Of a DNA stretch of 64,000 nucleotides, positions 23,899 to 35,744 are shown one piece after another. The notes under the pieces were generated by a model. It did no database searches and was not told where the DNA came from. It saw only the letters and a list, made by a program, of their open reading frames with translations. The translations under genes and the position numbers were made by a program. This DNA comes from Octopus sinensis (Eukaryota): positions 8,370,001 to 8,434,000 of the forward strand of contig NC_043024.1 of NCBI RefSeq assembly GCF_006345805.1, read 5' to 3'. Position 1 is the first letter of the stretch. Each line of letters starts with the position of its first letter.

Positions 23899-24105
23899 GG
23901 AGGCACATGGCCTAGTGGTTAGAGCAGTGGACTCGCCGTCAAGGGATTGCGGGTTCAAATCTCAGACTGGGCGATGTGAGTTTGTTTATGAGCGAAAACA
24001 CCTAAGCTCCAAGTGGCTCTGGCAGAAGGTAATGGCGAAACTTCTGCTGACTCTTTCACCACAACTTTCTCTCACTCTTTCCTCCTGCATCTTGCAGCCC
24101 ACTTA
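23899..24105 (+). mobile_element. tRNA-derived SINE family C
   Basis: GGAGGCACATGGCCTAGTGGTTAGAGC...GGTTCAAATCTC head; related minus-strand copies at ~32790-33075 and ~41520-41751. Confidence 0.75.
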
Positions 24106-24721
24106 TATATATGTGTGTATGTATTTGTCCCCCTAGCATTGCTTGACAACCGAAGCCCGTCGTATATATGTATATATATGTGTGTGTGTATGTTTGTGTG
24201 TCTGTGTTTGTCCCCCTAGCATTGCTTGACAACCAATGCTGGTGTATTTACGTCCCCGTCACTTAGCAGTTCGGCAAAAGAGACCGATAGAATAAGTACT
24301 GGGCTTACAAAGAATAAGTCCCGGGGTCGAGTTGCTCGATTAAAGGCGGTGCTCCAGCATGGCCACAGTCAAATGACTGAAACAAGTAAAAGAGAAAGTC
24401 TGGTACTTATTCTATTGGCCCCTTTTGCTGAACTCATGGGTTGTCGGGACACAAACACACCAACACTAGTTGTCAAGTGGTGGGGTGTAGACACACAAAC
24501 ACACACACACATGGCAGGCTTCTTTCAGTCTCTGTCTATCAGATCCACTCACAGGGTTTTGGTCGGCCTGAGGTTATTGCAAAAGTCACTTGCAGGTAAG
24601 AAGATTCTTGTGGCTGCCAAACTCCTTTACCTGTACTTTACACGGTACAACATTAAAAAACTTATATCAATTATACTAATGTACAGCTACCTGTATTTCA
24701 TTTACTTGCTGAAGTAAATTT

Positions 24722-25762
24722 AGTATTAGTTTAATTTAAAGTGTGTTGTCCATGATGACCATCCCTGCTTTGGAAAAACCAGTAATCTGGAAAGCTTTTG
24801 GAACCAAAGGTTACCGAAAATTAATGTTGTACATGTACCATCATCATTGATTAACATCTATAGGCATAGGAGTGGCTGTGTGGTAAGTAGCTTGCTTACG
24901 AACCACATGGTTCCGGGTTCAGTCCCACTTTATAGCACTGGTCCTCAAACAACCTTTTATACTTATTTTATCAACCACAAATGTGTGTGTATGGAGGGTG
25001 GGAGGGCAGAGATATTAGAGGTCAAGTTGACCCTGGCAAAAATGGAAAATCTGTTATGAACTAATGACTAAACAAAAATAGATTTATTTATTTATCATTA
25101 TACATTAGGAAGGGCATCCAGCCATAGAAACCATGCCAAAACAGACAATTGAAATCTGGACAGCTCTCCAGCCTTGCCAGCTCCTGTCAAACCAAGCTAC
25201 CCTGCCAGCATGGAAAACAGATACTCTTTTACTTGTTTCAGTCATTTGACTGCGGCCATGCTGGAGCACTGCCTTTAGTCGAGCAAATCGACCCCAGGAC
25301 TTATTCTTTGTAAGCCTAGCACTTATTCTATTGGTCTCTTTTGCCGAACCGCTAAGTTATGGGGACGTAAACACACCAGCATTGGTTGTCAAGAGACGTG
25401 TGTGTGTGTGTGTGTTGGGGGGAAACGCAGACACACAAATATACATATATACATATATACGACGGGCTTCTTTCAGTTTCCGTCTACCAAATCCACTCAC
25501 AAGGCTTCGGTCGGCCAAAGGCTATAGCAGAATACACTTGCCCAAGGTGCCACGCAGTGGTACTGAACCCGGAACCATGTGGTTGGTAAGCAGGCTACTT
25601 ACCACACAGCCACTCCTATGCCTATAGATGTTAATCAATGATGATGGTACATGTACAACATTAATTTTATGTGACTTTCAGTTCTAAAAGCTTTCCAGAT
25701 TACTGGTTTTTCCAAAGCAGGGATGGTCATCATGGACAACACACTTTAAATTAAACTAATAT
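24722..25762. repeat. Inverted duplication of ~200 bp (24722-24925 vs 25555-25762)
   Basis: About 140 bp of unique flank plus a SINE A head with the same GGCATAGGAG variant on both arms. Confidence 0.9.
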
Positions 25763-26402
25763 TGGGTAAGTGTCTTCTGCTATAGTCTTGGGCTGAGCAA
25801 AGCTTTGTGAGTGGATTTGGTAGGCAGAAACTGAAAGAAGCCTGTAATATATATAATCTGTGTGTGTGTGTCTTTGGGTCTATGTTTGTCTCCCCCCCCC
25901 CCATTGCTTGACAACTGGTGTTGGTGTGTTTATGTCCCTGTAACTTAGCAGTTTGTCAAAAGTGACTGAGAGAATCGGTACCAGTCTTAAAAAGAAAGAA
26001 AAAAGTTCTGGGGTTGATTCATTTTACTAAAAATTCTTCTTCAGCACGGCTGCAGTGTAATGACTGAAACAAAACAATACAGACACACTCCACACCAGGG
26101 GTGGTCACTATAGTCAACACCCTCCAAATTAAACAAATATTAAATTTACTTGAATAATTAAGTGAAATATCGGTAGCTATTCGTTAGTGTAAATGATACT
26201 GGTTTGTTAATATTGTACAGTGCAGGAAGGCAGGTGAGTCGGTAGAATTGTTAGCAGTGTTTCATCCATCATCATGTTCTGAGTTCAAATTCCATGAAGG
26301 TTGACTTTACCTTTCGTATCTTCAGGGTCTATAAAGTTAGTACCAGTTGAATACTGTGGATCAATGTACCTGACTTACCCCTCCTCTAAAATTGCTGGCC
26401 CT

Positions 26403-27020
26403 GTTCCATGCAGTGCTTCGGTGCTTCTACAACGGAGCTTAAGGTGGTTCGGTCATGCGGCTCGGTGTCCAGAGGGTGAGCTGATTCGCAATGTTCTCCT
26501 CCCACCTCCACATCCCAGCTGGTGCAAATGCACAGGTGGGCAGCTGAAGACCTGGTCAATGACGATGAAGGAGGACCTCTGAACTCTCGGGTTCGCAGGT
26601 GGTCGGTCTGCGCAGATGGAACCTATTTCTTTATTACCCACAAGGGGCTAAACACAGAGGGGACAAACGGACAGACATAGGTATTAAGTCAATTGCATTG
26701 ACCTCAGTGTGTAACTGGTACTTAATTTATCGACCCCAAAGGATGAAAGGCAAAGTCGACCTTGGCGGAATTTGAACTCACAACGTAATGGCAGACGAAA
26801 TACTGCTAAGCATTTCGCCCGGCGTGCTAATGATTCTGCCAGCTCGCCGCCTTGCCAGCTCTGCGCAGATGGAATCGCGAATGGCTCGCTATCTCCAGTG
26901 ACCTCGCACAGGACCGTTGAGTGTGGGCCGCCATGGTTCGTGATGCCGTTAGGACCAGAGAAGAAGCTGGCTCAACCCGCCCTGGGTGAACGCCGCCATA
27001 AGTATAAGTACAAGTGACCT
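26403..27020 (+). mobile_element. RTE-clade LINE 3' end, interrupted by SINE B
   Basis: LLQRSLRWFGHAARCPEGELIRNVLL...GGQLKTWSMTMKEDL*...LRRWNREWLAISSDLAQDR*VWAAMVRDAV..., tail TAAGTATAAGTACAAGT. Confidence 0.85.
26622..26859 (-). mobile_element. SINE family B with 15-bp TSD
   Basis: TCTGCGCAGATGGAA duplicated at 26607-26621 and 26860-26874. Confidence 0.95.
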
Positions 27021-27359
27021 TGTTCCAAAATTGAAACTGATATTGTACAGTGCAAGGGACTAGTCTCTGCAAGGTAAACTAATCTGGGAGCCACAGGAAT
27101 TTGAAGTTTCTGCTTGTAAGAGGTTCCAAACCATCAGCATCTGGAAAGTCCATATTGTACCTGTAGCTTGTTGCAAGGGTTTTGAGGAAACTGGTAGTGG
27201 TCTCTGTGTTGGCTGAAAATTATGCTGTGAAATTCTTGAGTTTTTTTCCTTCACCTTTTACTTGTTTCATTCATTAGACTGTGGCCATGTTGGGACATTG
27301 CCTTGAAGAATTTTTTGTTGAACAAATTAACCCCAGTACTTTTTTTTGTTTTTGCCTGT

Positions 27360-27705
27360 TCGAAATTGATCAACATCAATGGAAATTGCAGCTGTGATAC
27401 CAGTGCCGATGGCATGTAAGCAGACCATCCGAACGTGGCCGTTGCCAGCGCCGCCCCGACGGGCCCTCCATACCGGTGGCATGTAAAAAGCACCATCCGA
27501 TCGTGGCCGTTGCCAGCCTCGCCTGGCACGTAAAAAGCACCCACTACACTCACAGAGTGGTTGGCGTTAAGAAGGGCATCCAGCCGTAGAAACATTGCCA
27601 GATCAGACTGGGCCTGGTGTGGACTTCTGGCTTCCCAGACCCCAGTTGAACCGTCCAACCCATGCTAGCATGGAAAGCGGACGCTAAATGATGATGATGA
27701 TGATG
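27360..27705 (+). mobile_element. Family R copy (sense on + strand)
   Basis: CAACATCAATGGAAATTGCAG ... GGAAAGCGGACGCTAAAT(GAT)n. Confidence 0.85.
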
Positions 27706-28449
27706 ATTCTATCAGTCACTTTTGCTAAATTGCTAAGTTACATGAACATAAACACACCAACACCGGTGTCAAGTGGTGGTAGGGGACAAACACAGACACA
27801 CACACGCCCGCATTATGGGCTTCTTTCAGTTTCTATCTACCAAGTTCACTGATAAGGCTTTGCTCAGCCCAAGGCTATAGGAGAAGAGACTTGCCCAAGG
27901 TGTCACACAGTGGGACTGAACCTGGAACCATGTGGTTGAGAAACAAACTTCTTACCAGACAGTCATGCCTACACTTATGGACGAGATTATGTCACATGGA
28001 AAGAAGCTTGGTTTGTAATCACATGGCTTCAGGTTCAGTCCCACTGCATGGCACCTCTGGCAAGTGTCTTTTACAATAATTCCAGGCTGATTAAAACCTT
28101 TGTGGTGATTTGGCAGATGGAAACATAGATAAGCCTGTGTGTGTGTGTGTGTGTGTGAGTGGGTGGGTGCACCCATGTCTTGACATCATGTGATAGTTGT
28201 GAGTGAGTGTCACTGTTATACATGTCATGTTACAGGTTGGTAACCAGACATGTTAGAAATAGCAGCCAAATCTCACTTAAAATCTCATGCCTTCTGTCTT
28301 TTGTTTTATACTATACTTAAGCATCATTGTGTATGTGTATGATGCATGTTCGGTTTAATATGTATGTATGTATATGATGTGTGGTGTGTGTGTGTGTTTG
28401 TTTAATATGTATGTGATATGTGTGTTTCTGTGTAATATCTACGAGATAA

Positions 28450-28830
28450 TGATGTGTGTATGTGTCTATGCATGTGTGTAGGTGTGTGTCTATGCATGTG
28501 TGTATGTGTGTGTCTATGCATGTGTGTATGTGTGTGTCTATGCATGTGTGTATGTGTGTGTGTGTCTATGCATGTGTGTGTCTATACGCGTGTGTGTGTG
28601 TGTCTATGCATGTGTATGTGTGTGTCTATGCATGTGTGTAGGTGTGTGCCTATGCATGTGTGTAGGTGTGTGGCCATACATATACGTATGTGTGTGTCTA
28701 TGCATGTGTGTATGTGTGTGTCTATGCATGTGTGTATGTGTGTGTCTATGCATGTGTGTAGGTGTGTGTGTCTATGCATGTGTGTATGTGTGTGTCTATG
28801 CATGTGTGTATGTGTGTGTGGCCATACATA
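28450..28830. repeat. Minisatellite (TG)n-TCTATGCATGTGTGTA, ~22-26-bp unit
   Basis: About 15 units. Confidence 0.9.
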
Positions 28831-29317
28831 TACATAAATCATATTCGCTGAAAAAATATCATTTTTGGTTTTACTGCTATTACTACTATGTATATAAATG
28901 CATGTGTGTGTATGTATGTGTGTGTGTGTATATCCCTGTGTATGTATGTGTGTTTGTGCCTGTGTTCGTCTGTATGCGTCTGTTTGTGTATTCAAGGTCA
29001 TTCTGTCCAGATTCTTTCAATCTCCACACCATCTCCCCTCACATCACCATCACACTCTCGTCTTAGCTTAATTTCCTCTTCATCTTCCTCCGCCTCTCTC
29101 TCTCTCTCTCCCTCTTCATCTCTTTCTCTCTCTTCCTTTATCTCTTTGATTCCTATCTCTTTCTCTCTCCTCTCACCTACACCCACTGCCAGTGACCACC
29201 TCATCGCCACCACATTGTCTGCAACACTTGGCATCATACGAAAGCTATTCTTGCATATAGCTAGCTACTAAGTGATATTGTGGTTTTTGCCATTGCAACA
29301 TTTCAGATAAATATATA

Positions 29318-29666
29318 CAGGCGCAGGAGTGGCTGTGTGGTAAGCAGCTTGCTAACCAACCACATGGTTCCGGGTTCAGTCCCACTGCGTGGCATCTTGG
29401 GCAAGTGTCTTCACGCTATAGCCCCGGGCCGACCAAAGCCTTGTGAGTGGATTTGGTAGACGGAAACTGAAAGAAGCCTGTCGTATATATGTATATATAT
29501 ATATATATATAGGTGCAGGAGTGGCTGTGTGGTAAGTAGCTTGCTTACCAACCACATGGTTCCGGGTTCAGTCCCACTGCGTGGCATCTTGGGCAAGTGT
29601 CTTCTGACCAAAGCCTTGTGAGTGGATTTGGTAGACGGAAACTGAAAGAAGCCTGTCGTATATATG

Positions 29667-29701
<35 letters not shown>

Positions 29702-29910
29702 GTGTGTGTATCTGTGTTTGGCCCCTAGCATTGCTTGACAACCGATGCTGGTGTGTGTACGTCCCCGTCACTTAGCGGTTCGGCAAAAGAGACCAATAGA
29801 ATAAGTACTGGGCTTACAAAGAATAAGCCCCGGGGTCGAGTTGCTCGACTAAAGGCGGTGCTCCAGCATGGCCGCAGTCGAATGACTGAAACAAGTAAAA
29901 GAGTAAAAGA
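29318..29910 (+). mobile_element. SINE family A: 5' half followed in tandem by a full copy
   Basis: Two heads (29318, 29512) and one tail. Confidence 0.85.
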
Positions 29911-30259
29911 GGCACGAGTGTGGCTGTGTGGTAAGAATTTTGCTTCCTGGCCACATGGTTCTGGGTTCAGTCTCACCGCATGGCCCCTTGGGCAAAGTGT
30001 CTTCTGCTGTAATCCTGGGTCAACCAAAGTCTCGTGAGTGGAGTTGACAGACGGAAACTGAAAGAAGCTCATATGCACACACACATGCACACACACATGC
30101 ACGAGTGTGTGTGTTTCTGTTTGTGCTCTATGACCACTTGATAAATAGTGTAGGTTTGTTTACATTCCTTGTAACATTAGCAATTTTGCAAAAGAAATGG
30201 AAAGAAATGTGGTTCACCTGAGCACTGTATACAATAATTTCATTATTATATTATTATTA

Positions 30260-31040
30260 TTATTATATATATATGTATATACACACACAATATATATATA
30301 TATATATGTATATACACACACAATATATATATATATATATGTATATACACACACAATATATATATATATATGTATATACACACACAATATATATATATAT
30401 ATATGTATATACACACACAATATATATATATATATATGTATATACACACACAATATATATATTATATATGTATATACACACACAATATATATATATATAT
30501 ATGTATATACACAAACAAATATATATATATATATGTATATACACACACATATATATATATATATATGTATATACACAACATATATATATATATATATGTA
30601 TATACACACACAATATATTATATATATATGTATATACACACACAATATATATATATATATATGTATATACACACACAATATATATTATAATATGTATATA
30701 CACACACAATATATATATATATATATGTATATACACACACACAATATATATATATATATGTACACACACACAAATATATATATATATAATGTATATACAC
30801 ACAAAATATATATATATATATATATGTATATACACACACATATATATTATATATATATGTAATACACACACAATATATAATATATATATGTATATACACA
30901 CACAATATATATATATATATATGTAATACACACACAATATATATATATATATATATATGTATATACACACACAATATATATATATATATATGTATATACA
31001 CACACAATATATATATATATATATGTATATAGTCACACAA
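30260..31040. repeat. Minisatellite (TA)n-TGTATATACACACACAA, ~30-bp unit
   Basis: About 25 degenerate units; source of the YIYI/CVCI ORFs. Confidence 0.9.
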
Positions 31041-31349
31041 TATCTATAAAATAATATATTACATTGCTTGATAGTCAAGATAAAACTCTGAGTTTCAGAT
31101 GCCGAAGTGGGAATCCACAACGCCATCTCTTCGGGTTATCTGGCTATTTGAAAACGCTGTCTTTTGAAAGCCTATCCTAAAATTTGTTCATAAGCTTCAG
31201 TAGGTCCGCTTCGAAGTCTATCCTAAAAGATAGCGTTTTCAAATAGCCAGATAACCAAAGAGATGGCGTTGTGGATTCCCACTTCGGCATCCGAAACTCA
31301 GAGTTTTATCTTGACTATTGAGTAATTGTAACATACTATTTTATAGATA
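31041..31349. repeat. Foldback element (~125-bp arms, ~60-nt spacer) with inverted hammerhead-like motifs
   Basis: 31041-31165 pairs with 31225-31349; arms contain GATAA-(C)CCGAAGA/CCAAAGA-GATG...CATC-GAAACTCAGAGT-T-TTATC. Confidence 0.85.
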
Positions 31350-31766
31350 AATTTCCTCTACTTACATAATATTGAGGTCTCTTTCTTTCTTTTGTTATCT
31401 TACCGTTTTACCAATATATACACACAATATATATTTACATATATATATATATACAATATATATACACACATATATATATACAATATATATATATATGTAT
31501 ACACATGTAATAAACATCCGGTTTAGACCATAACAACTACAAACAATTATATTGTTAGTGTTTTTTCAATCATTTGTGCCATAACTACCAAAATGACTAC
31601 CACCACTACCAAGGGATTTGAAATATAATCTCTTCCTATTACCGCTCTTCCTCTCCTCTTCCCTTTGTCTTAATTACTCTCCACATAAAACACATTTGAC
31701 TACACTATCTATCCTTCATATCTTTAGATCCTGCTCTGACCTTGCCATAGCCCAAGAATGCTATAG

Positions 31767-32145
31767 TACTTACTTGTACTTGTGGCAACATTCACCCTGG
31801 GCGGGTTGAGTCAGTTTCTTCTACTCATGGAAGAAGTTTTGTGAGAATATGTGGATTTCACAAGTGGTCCCCAACAATCCTGCATGTAGAGACATCCTGT
31901 TTGCCGCACATTGTCCGCAGACGCAGGGACAGAACGACCGAGGAGCCGCCGGTTGCCGAAGCAGACACTCCGAGGATTTTCACCAGAGCCCGTCTGCCGG
32001 GTTTTGGCCCTAATACCACTCGGTGTCAGACCAATCCGCCTTGGGTGGCCCTACCAGGAACCGAAGTTCCCGACGGCATAGCTCTGACACTACCCGTTGC
32101 CAGCGTCCTCACCACGGTGAGGAGGGGATGGACTTTGGGGACGCT
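31767..32145 (-). mobile_element. Short internally deleted RTE derivative (GC-rich 5' end joined to 3' tail)
   Basis: Its last ~60 nt (GAAGAAACTGACTCAACCCGCCCAGGGTGAA...ACAAGTACAAGTAAGTA) match the RTE tail at 26955-27020; the other ~320 nt are GC-rich and structured; GCTATAG occurs at both junctions. Confidence 0.7.
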
Positions 32146-33113
32146 ATAGAACACACATACACACACATATCCAGGAATGAAAGGTTGCTCAATGTGGAGT
32201 GCTTGTCTTGCTAGAAATAGCTGAAGTTCCCTTACATTGTATCTTACACTCTTAACAAAGGAAGGACATTTGGCAATTTAATCCTAGATATGTAAAAGGA
32301 TGGATTAAATCTGTGGTTCTCAATGGGGGTCATATAACCCGTGTGGTAGGGTGGGAGTATATGAACCTCATGGGTCCATATGAGATTTTGCCGTTAAAAT
32401 TAATGTGCAATCAACTAATTATATTTTTACAATACACAAAAAATATTTTAACATGTTTTTTATAAAATTCCCCAAAATATCTAATTATAAAAATATAAAA
32501 GGATTTTTTTAAAATGGCAAATGGCTATGAGGGTCCACCCAAATAAAATAGGAATCAAAGGGGTCCATAGGTAAAAAAAAGGGTCCAGAAACTTCGGTTT
32601 AAATGGTATAAGGATGATGTAGTTGTTACTGGAACACATTTAGCCATGGGGTTCTTGGTCAGTGCTGATTTTGTGGTGGGGTCCCTGGCAAGCAGAAGAT
32701 TTGTGGGCTCAGATCATATCAGTAGGCCTGTTTCTCTGTTCTCACTCAAAATATTTCCTCTAATGTCATACACACACACACACACATATATATCACGTGA
32801 TCACGTGACTGACCAGACCATCAGATGTTGCTACACATCGCTGGTCACAATGCACTTCGCATTGTTTTAGCCTTCGAATGGCGCCACCCCACTGGCTAAG
32901 CGAGCAGGGCAACAGAAGAAAGAGTGGTGAAAGAGTACAGCAAGGATCACGACCCCCTGCCAGAGCCTCGTGGAGCTTTTAGGTGTTTTCGCTCAATAAA
33001 CATACACAATGCCCGGTCTGGGAATCGAAACCGCAATCCTACGACTGCGAGACCACTGGCCCATTGTACCTCCCATAATATATATAATATATATATATAT
33101 ATATAGATATATA

Positions 33114-33199
<86 letters not shown>

Positions 33200-33327
33200 A
33201 GTCAGTGGAAGAACTTCACTACCTCATATGTTCTTAAAATTTAAATCCACATCTTTGCCTATATACCTACCGTCTCTATAATGTTGCCACTTGATTTGAA
33301 AACTTTTATATTAATGGAAAACCTCTA

Positions 33328-33420
33328 TAACTGGCTGATGAGTACTCAACATTTTAAAACTGTTGTAATACTTACAACATTTAATAAAATGATGTAGTAC
33401 GAAACGATCGTACCAAATTA
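33328..33420 (+). ncRNA. Type I hammerhead ribozyme motif, canonical core, extended stem II
   Basis: TGG(33332-34)-CTGATGA(33335-41)-GTACT...AGTAC(33342-33400)-GAAA-C(GATC)G-TA|CCA; predicted cleavage after 33412 (GUA). Confidence 0.75.
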
Positions 33421-33541
33421 CCGGAGTCATTCTTGTTGCTTATTTTGATTATAATCATCCCACAAATTTTTATGGATAACACCATACAAAATTCTGGTGC
33501 ATCTAAATTAAGTACCATATTCATTCGAATCTAAATTTTTG

Positions 33542-33584
<43 letters not shown>

Positions 33585-33589
33585 ATATA

Positions 33590-33673
<84 letters not shown>

Positions 33674-34029
33674 CACACACACACACACACGTTCTCTGTG
33701 ACAGGTCGTAAGTCAATCTGGTCGTATGTCAGATTTATATTTATTTGCATTCATGCAACTGATGTTTGAGAGCAACTGAGTGAGAGACAGTAGCAAGCAG
33801 TGGGATGTCTGGGTCTGAGGGAGGTCTTGCATTGCCAGATGCTGCCATAGTTATCCTATGTGCAGCTGCCCAACGTCTGATGATTGGATTTTTTTCTTTA
33901 TTTATTTTTTCACTTTCGTGGTCATAAGTTGAGGAGGTGTGCCTTCGTTTTGGAAGTCATTTGACCCTGTTATCTCCCCTACTGTCCCTCTAGCGTCTGA
34001 CCACTGTCCGAAGTCAGGACGCCATGATA

Positions 34030-34385
34030 GATCGTTAGCCACAACACACATTTTTTTCTCTCCTTGTTTCTTCTGTGTATCTTTCTGACGAAGAGCGTAT
34101 GCTCGAAACGTAAGACTTTTTCTATTTCTATTTCTGAGCGCCATATTGATACATTTGTTTGTTTGTACACCACCTGCCTTCGTCTTTTGCTTATTTTCAT
34201 AAACCTTCCTGTTATATATATATATATATCATCATCATTGTTTAGCGTTGATGATGATATATATATATATATAACAGGAAGGTTTATGAAAATAAGCAAA
34301 AGACGAAGCAGGTGGAGTACAAACAAACAAATGTATTAGTATAACGCTCAGGAATAGAAAAAGTCTTTTACATTTCAAGCCTACG

Positions 34386-34388
<3 letters not shown>
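34030..34388. mobile_element. Tail-to-tail pair of the HHR-bearing unit (+ copy 34030-34215; truncated - copy 34270-34388)
   Basis: The + copy has canonical CTGACGA-A-GAGC(GTAT)GCTC-GAAACGTA at 34085-34112. Confidence 0.75.
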
Positions 34389-34423
<35 letters not shown>

Positions 34424-35079
34424 TCATCATTTAACGTCCGTTTTCCATGCTAGCATGGGTTGGGCGGTTCGACCGGGTCTGGTAGGCCATGAAGGCTGCA
34501 CCAGGCTCCAGTCTGGTTTGGCAGTGTTTCTACGGCTGGATGCCCTTCCTAACGCCAACCACTCCATGAGTGTAGTGGGTGTTTTTTATGTGCTACCGGC
34601 AAAGAGCCAGAGGAGGCTGGCAAACGGCCACGGTTTGATGGTGCTTTTTACGTGCCACCGGCACAGGTGTCTTAACTACAATTTCCATATATATATATGA
34701 GGTGGAGGTGTGGTTGTGCAGTCGAGAAGTTTGTCTTGGCTTCAGTTCCACTGTGTGACACCTTGGGCAAGAGTTTTCTGCTGTAGCCCTCAGCCAATCA
34801 AAGGCTTCTGAGTGGATATGGTAGATAGAAACTGAAAGACTTCTCTTACACACACATACACACACACGTGTGTGATTCTTTGTATTCTGTAGCATCTTTG
34901 CATGAAACCACTTGAGCTAAGGCTGTGATGTTGAAATTCCTTATTTACAAAGCATGCTGTAGCTGCTCTAAGGTTTCGGAGAAAATGGAATTTAAATTCC
35001 TTTACTAGAAAAACTGGTAAGAGCTAGGAAAGGAATCTGACTGAGATAATAATAATAATAATAATGATAATAATGATAA

Positions 35080-35385
35080 TATATATGAGAATGATCCCTG
35101 GCTTACTATCCCTGCAAGAAGTGCAAAAGATTGTCTTAACTGGTACATCACACGTATTGAGAAGAGCATTGTCGATGTGAGAACTATTACTACCCATGTA
35201 TTTTAATTTAACTTTATTTCTATCAAAAAAAAAAAAATGAACGAACTAGTGAGTTTAGTTTAATGGCCTACCAATGTATACTATGAGTTTCTTTGCCCTA
35301 GGAGTCGGGAAGACACTCGGCAAGAAATGGAAGCAAATTTGAAAGAAGAAGAAAAAATAATAATAATAATAATGATAATAATAAT
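35080..35385 (+). mobile_element. R4/Dong-clade non-LTR retrotransposon 3' end in an (AAT)n tract
   Basis: 35091-35180 reads MIPGLLSLQEVQKIVLTGTSHVLRRALSM*, resembling the R4-clade C-terminus (QKxxLxGTxHxLRR); (AAT)n on both sides, matching the known (TAA)n targeting of Dong-like elements. Confidence 0.7.
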
Positions 35386-35744
35386 GTCTTTGCCCAACTT
35401 ACTCAACCATGGAAAACTGTATTAAACAAATGATATACAGATGGCATGTTTGGCGTTGAGACTGGATTTTGATTATGATGGTCAATTTGTATATGTTCTT
35501 GTGTGTTATCTCATCATTCATCATCATCATTTAATGTCCACTTTTCCATGCTTGCATGGGTCAGATGGAATTTGGGGAGGCAGATTTTCTACTGTTGGTT
35601 GCTCTTACTTTCACCAATCGGTTGAAGACCAATGCCACCTAAGTATCATCATCATCATCATTATCAAAATCTGCTTTCCATGCTGGCATGAGTTGGTTGG
35701 TTTTATTGAAGCTGATGAATTAGAGGACTGCATTGTCATTTAAC

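Noticed and set aside
29725-30102. Recurrent ORFs such as MTTDAGVFTSPSLSGSAKETDRISTGLTKNKSRGRVARLKAVLQHG
   Set aside because: Translations of SINE family A, not a gene family.
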